From a virus (taxonomy: Duplodnaviria; Caudoviricetes), in IMG/VR virus record IMGVR_UViG_2675903036_000001, positions 22,710 through 86,709 of that record: 64,000 nucleotides of DNA. One strand, written 5' to 3'. This document shows positions 63,910-64,000 of this stretch, piece by piece. The stretch's first letter is position 1. Every line of letters begins with the position of its first letter. Position numbers and translations under genes: made by a program. The notes beneath the pieces were generated by a model. It saw only the letters and a list, made by a program, of their open reading frames with translations. It made no database searches and was not told where the DNA came from.

Positions 63910-64000
63910 TGTAAATAGCGGTGTAAAAATGTACCACTGAAGTGCACTAATTTCGCTGCGATCGCGGAATAAAAGTGTACCAGTCCAATGCCTATAAACT
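63910..64000. mobile_element. probable IS21-family terminal repeat (element continues beyond the window)
   Basis: TG-starting TGTAAATAGCGGTGTAAAAATGTACCAC with internal repeat GCGGAATAAAAGTGTACCAG at 63964. Confidence 0.55.

Noticed and set aside
1-64000. Genome-wide TAG recoding, tRNA/rRNA genes, integrase or att sites
   Set aside because: Only one internal TAG was seen and other genes end normally in TAG; no tRNA, rRNA, integrase or prophage boundary was recognised in this window

Overview
The window is almost entirely the late half of a temperate contractile-tailed (myovirus-type) prophage on the + strand. Gene order: replication/nin-like accessory genes and a C5 DNA methyltransferase (1-5259); terminase small subunit, HNH gene and terminase large subunit (5240-8203); a moron block with integron-type cassettes, a C4-RNA-controlled antirepressor, a Sel1 lipoprotein and a TA pair (8234-12927); portal; a ~19 kb block of probable head-packaged 'polyvalent' effector genes (RelA/SpoT-like synthetase, HD hydrolase, MuF, InPase-like protein, two giant SF2 helicase proteins); protease, scaffold and capsid; neck, sheath, tube, tape measure, baseplate and fibres; endolysin, putative holin, a FliA-like sigma factor, and an IS21-like end. 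The most notable patterns read from the sequence are: (1) a shared hydrophobic-K[S/A] leader on the effector proteins that matches a Phi-x-K-[S/A] motif repeated in scaffold, protease, portal and capsid, suggesting a capsid-targeting and maturation code; (2) a complete antisense transcription unit (sigma70 promoter, structured ~140-nt RNA, terminator) hidden in the linker just after a putative RNase domain; (3) a TCGTGA-N3-(-10) promoter motif in 12 copies ahead of late genes, about half apparently leaderless; (4) an internal promoter that would express a putative antidote and hydrolase behind the alarmone synthetase; (5) a solitary type I-E CRISPR-like repeat. All product calls come from motif recognition by eye. 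No database search was run.
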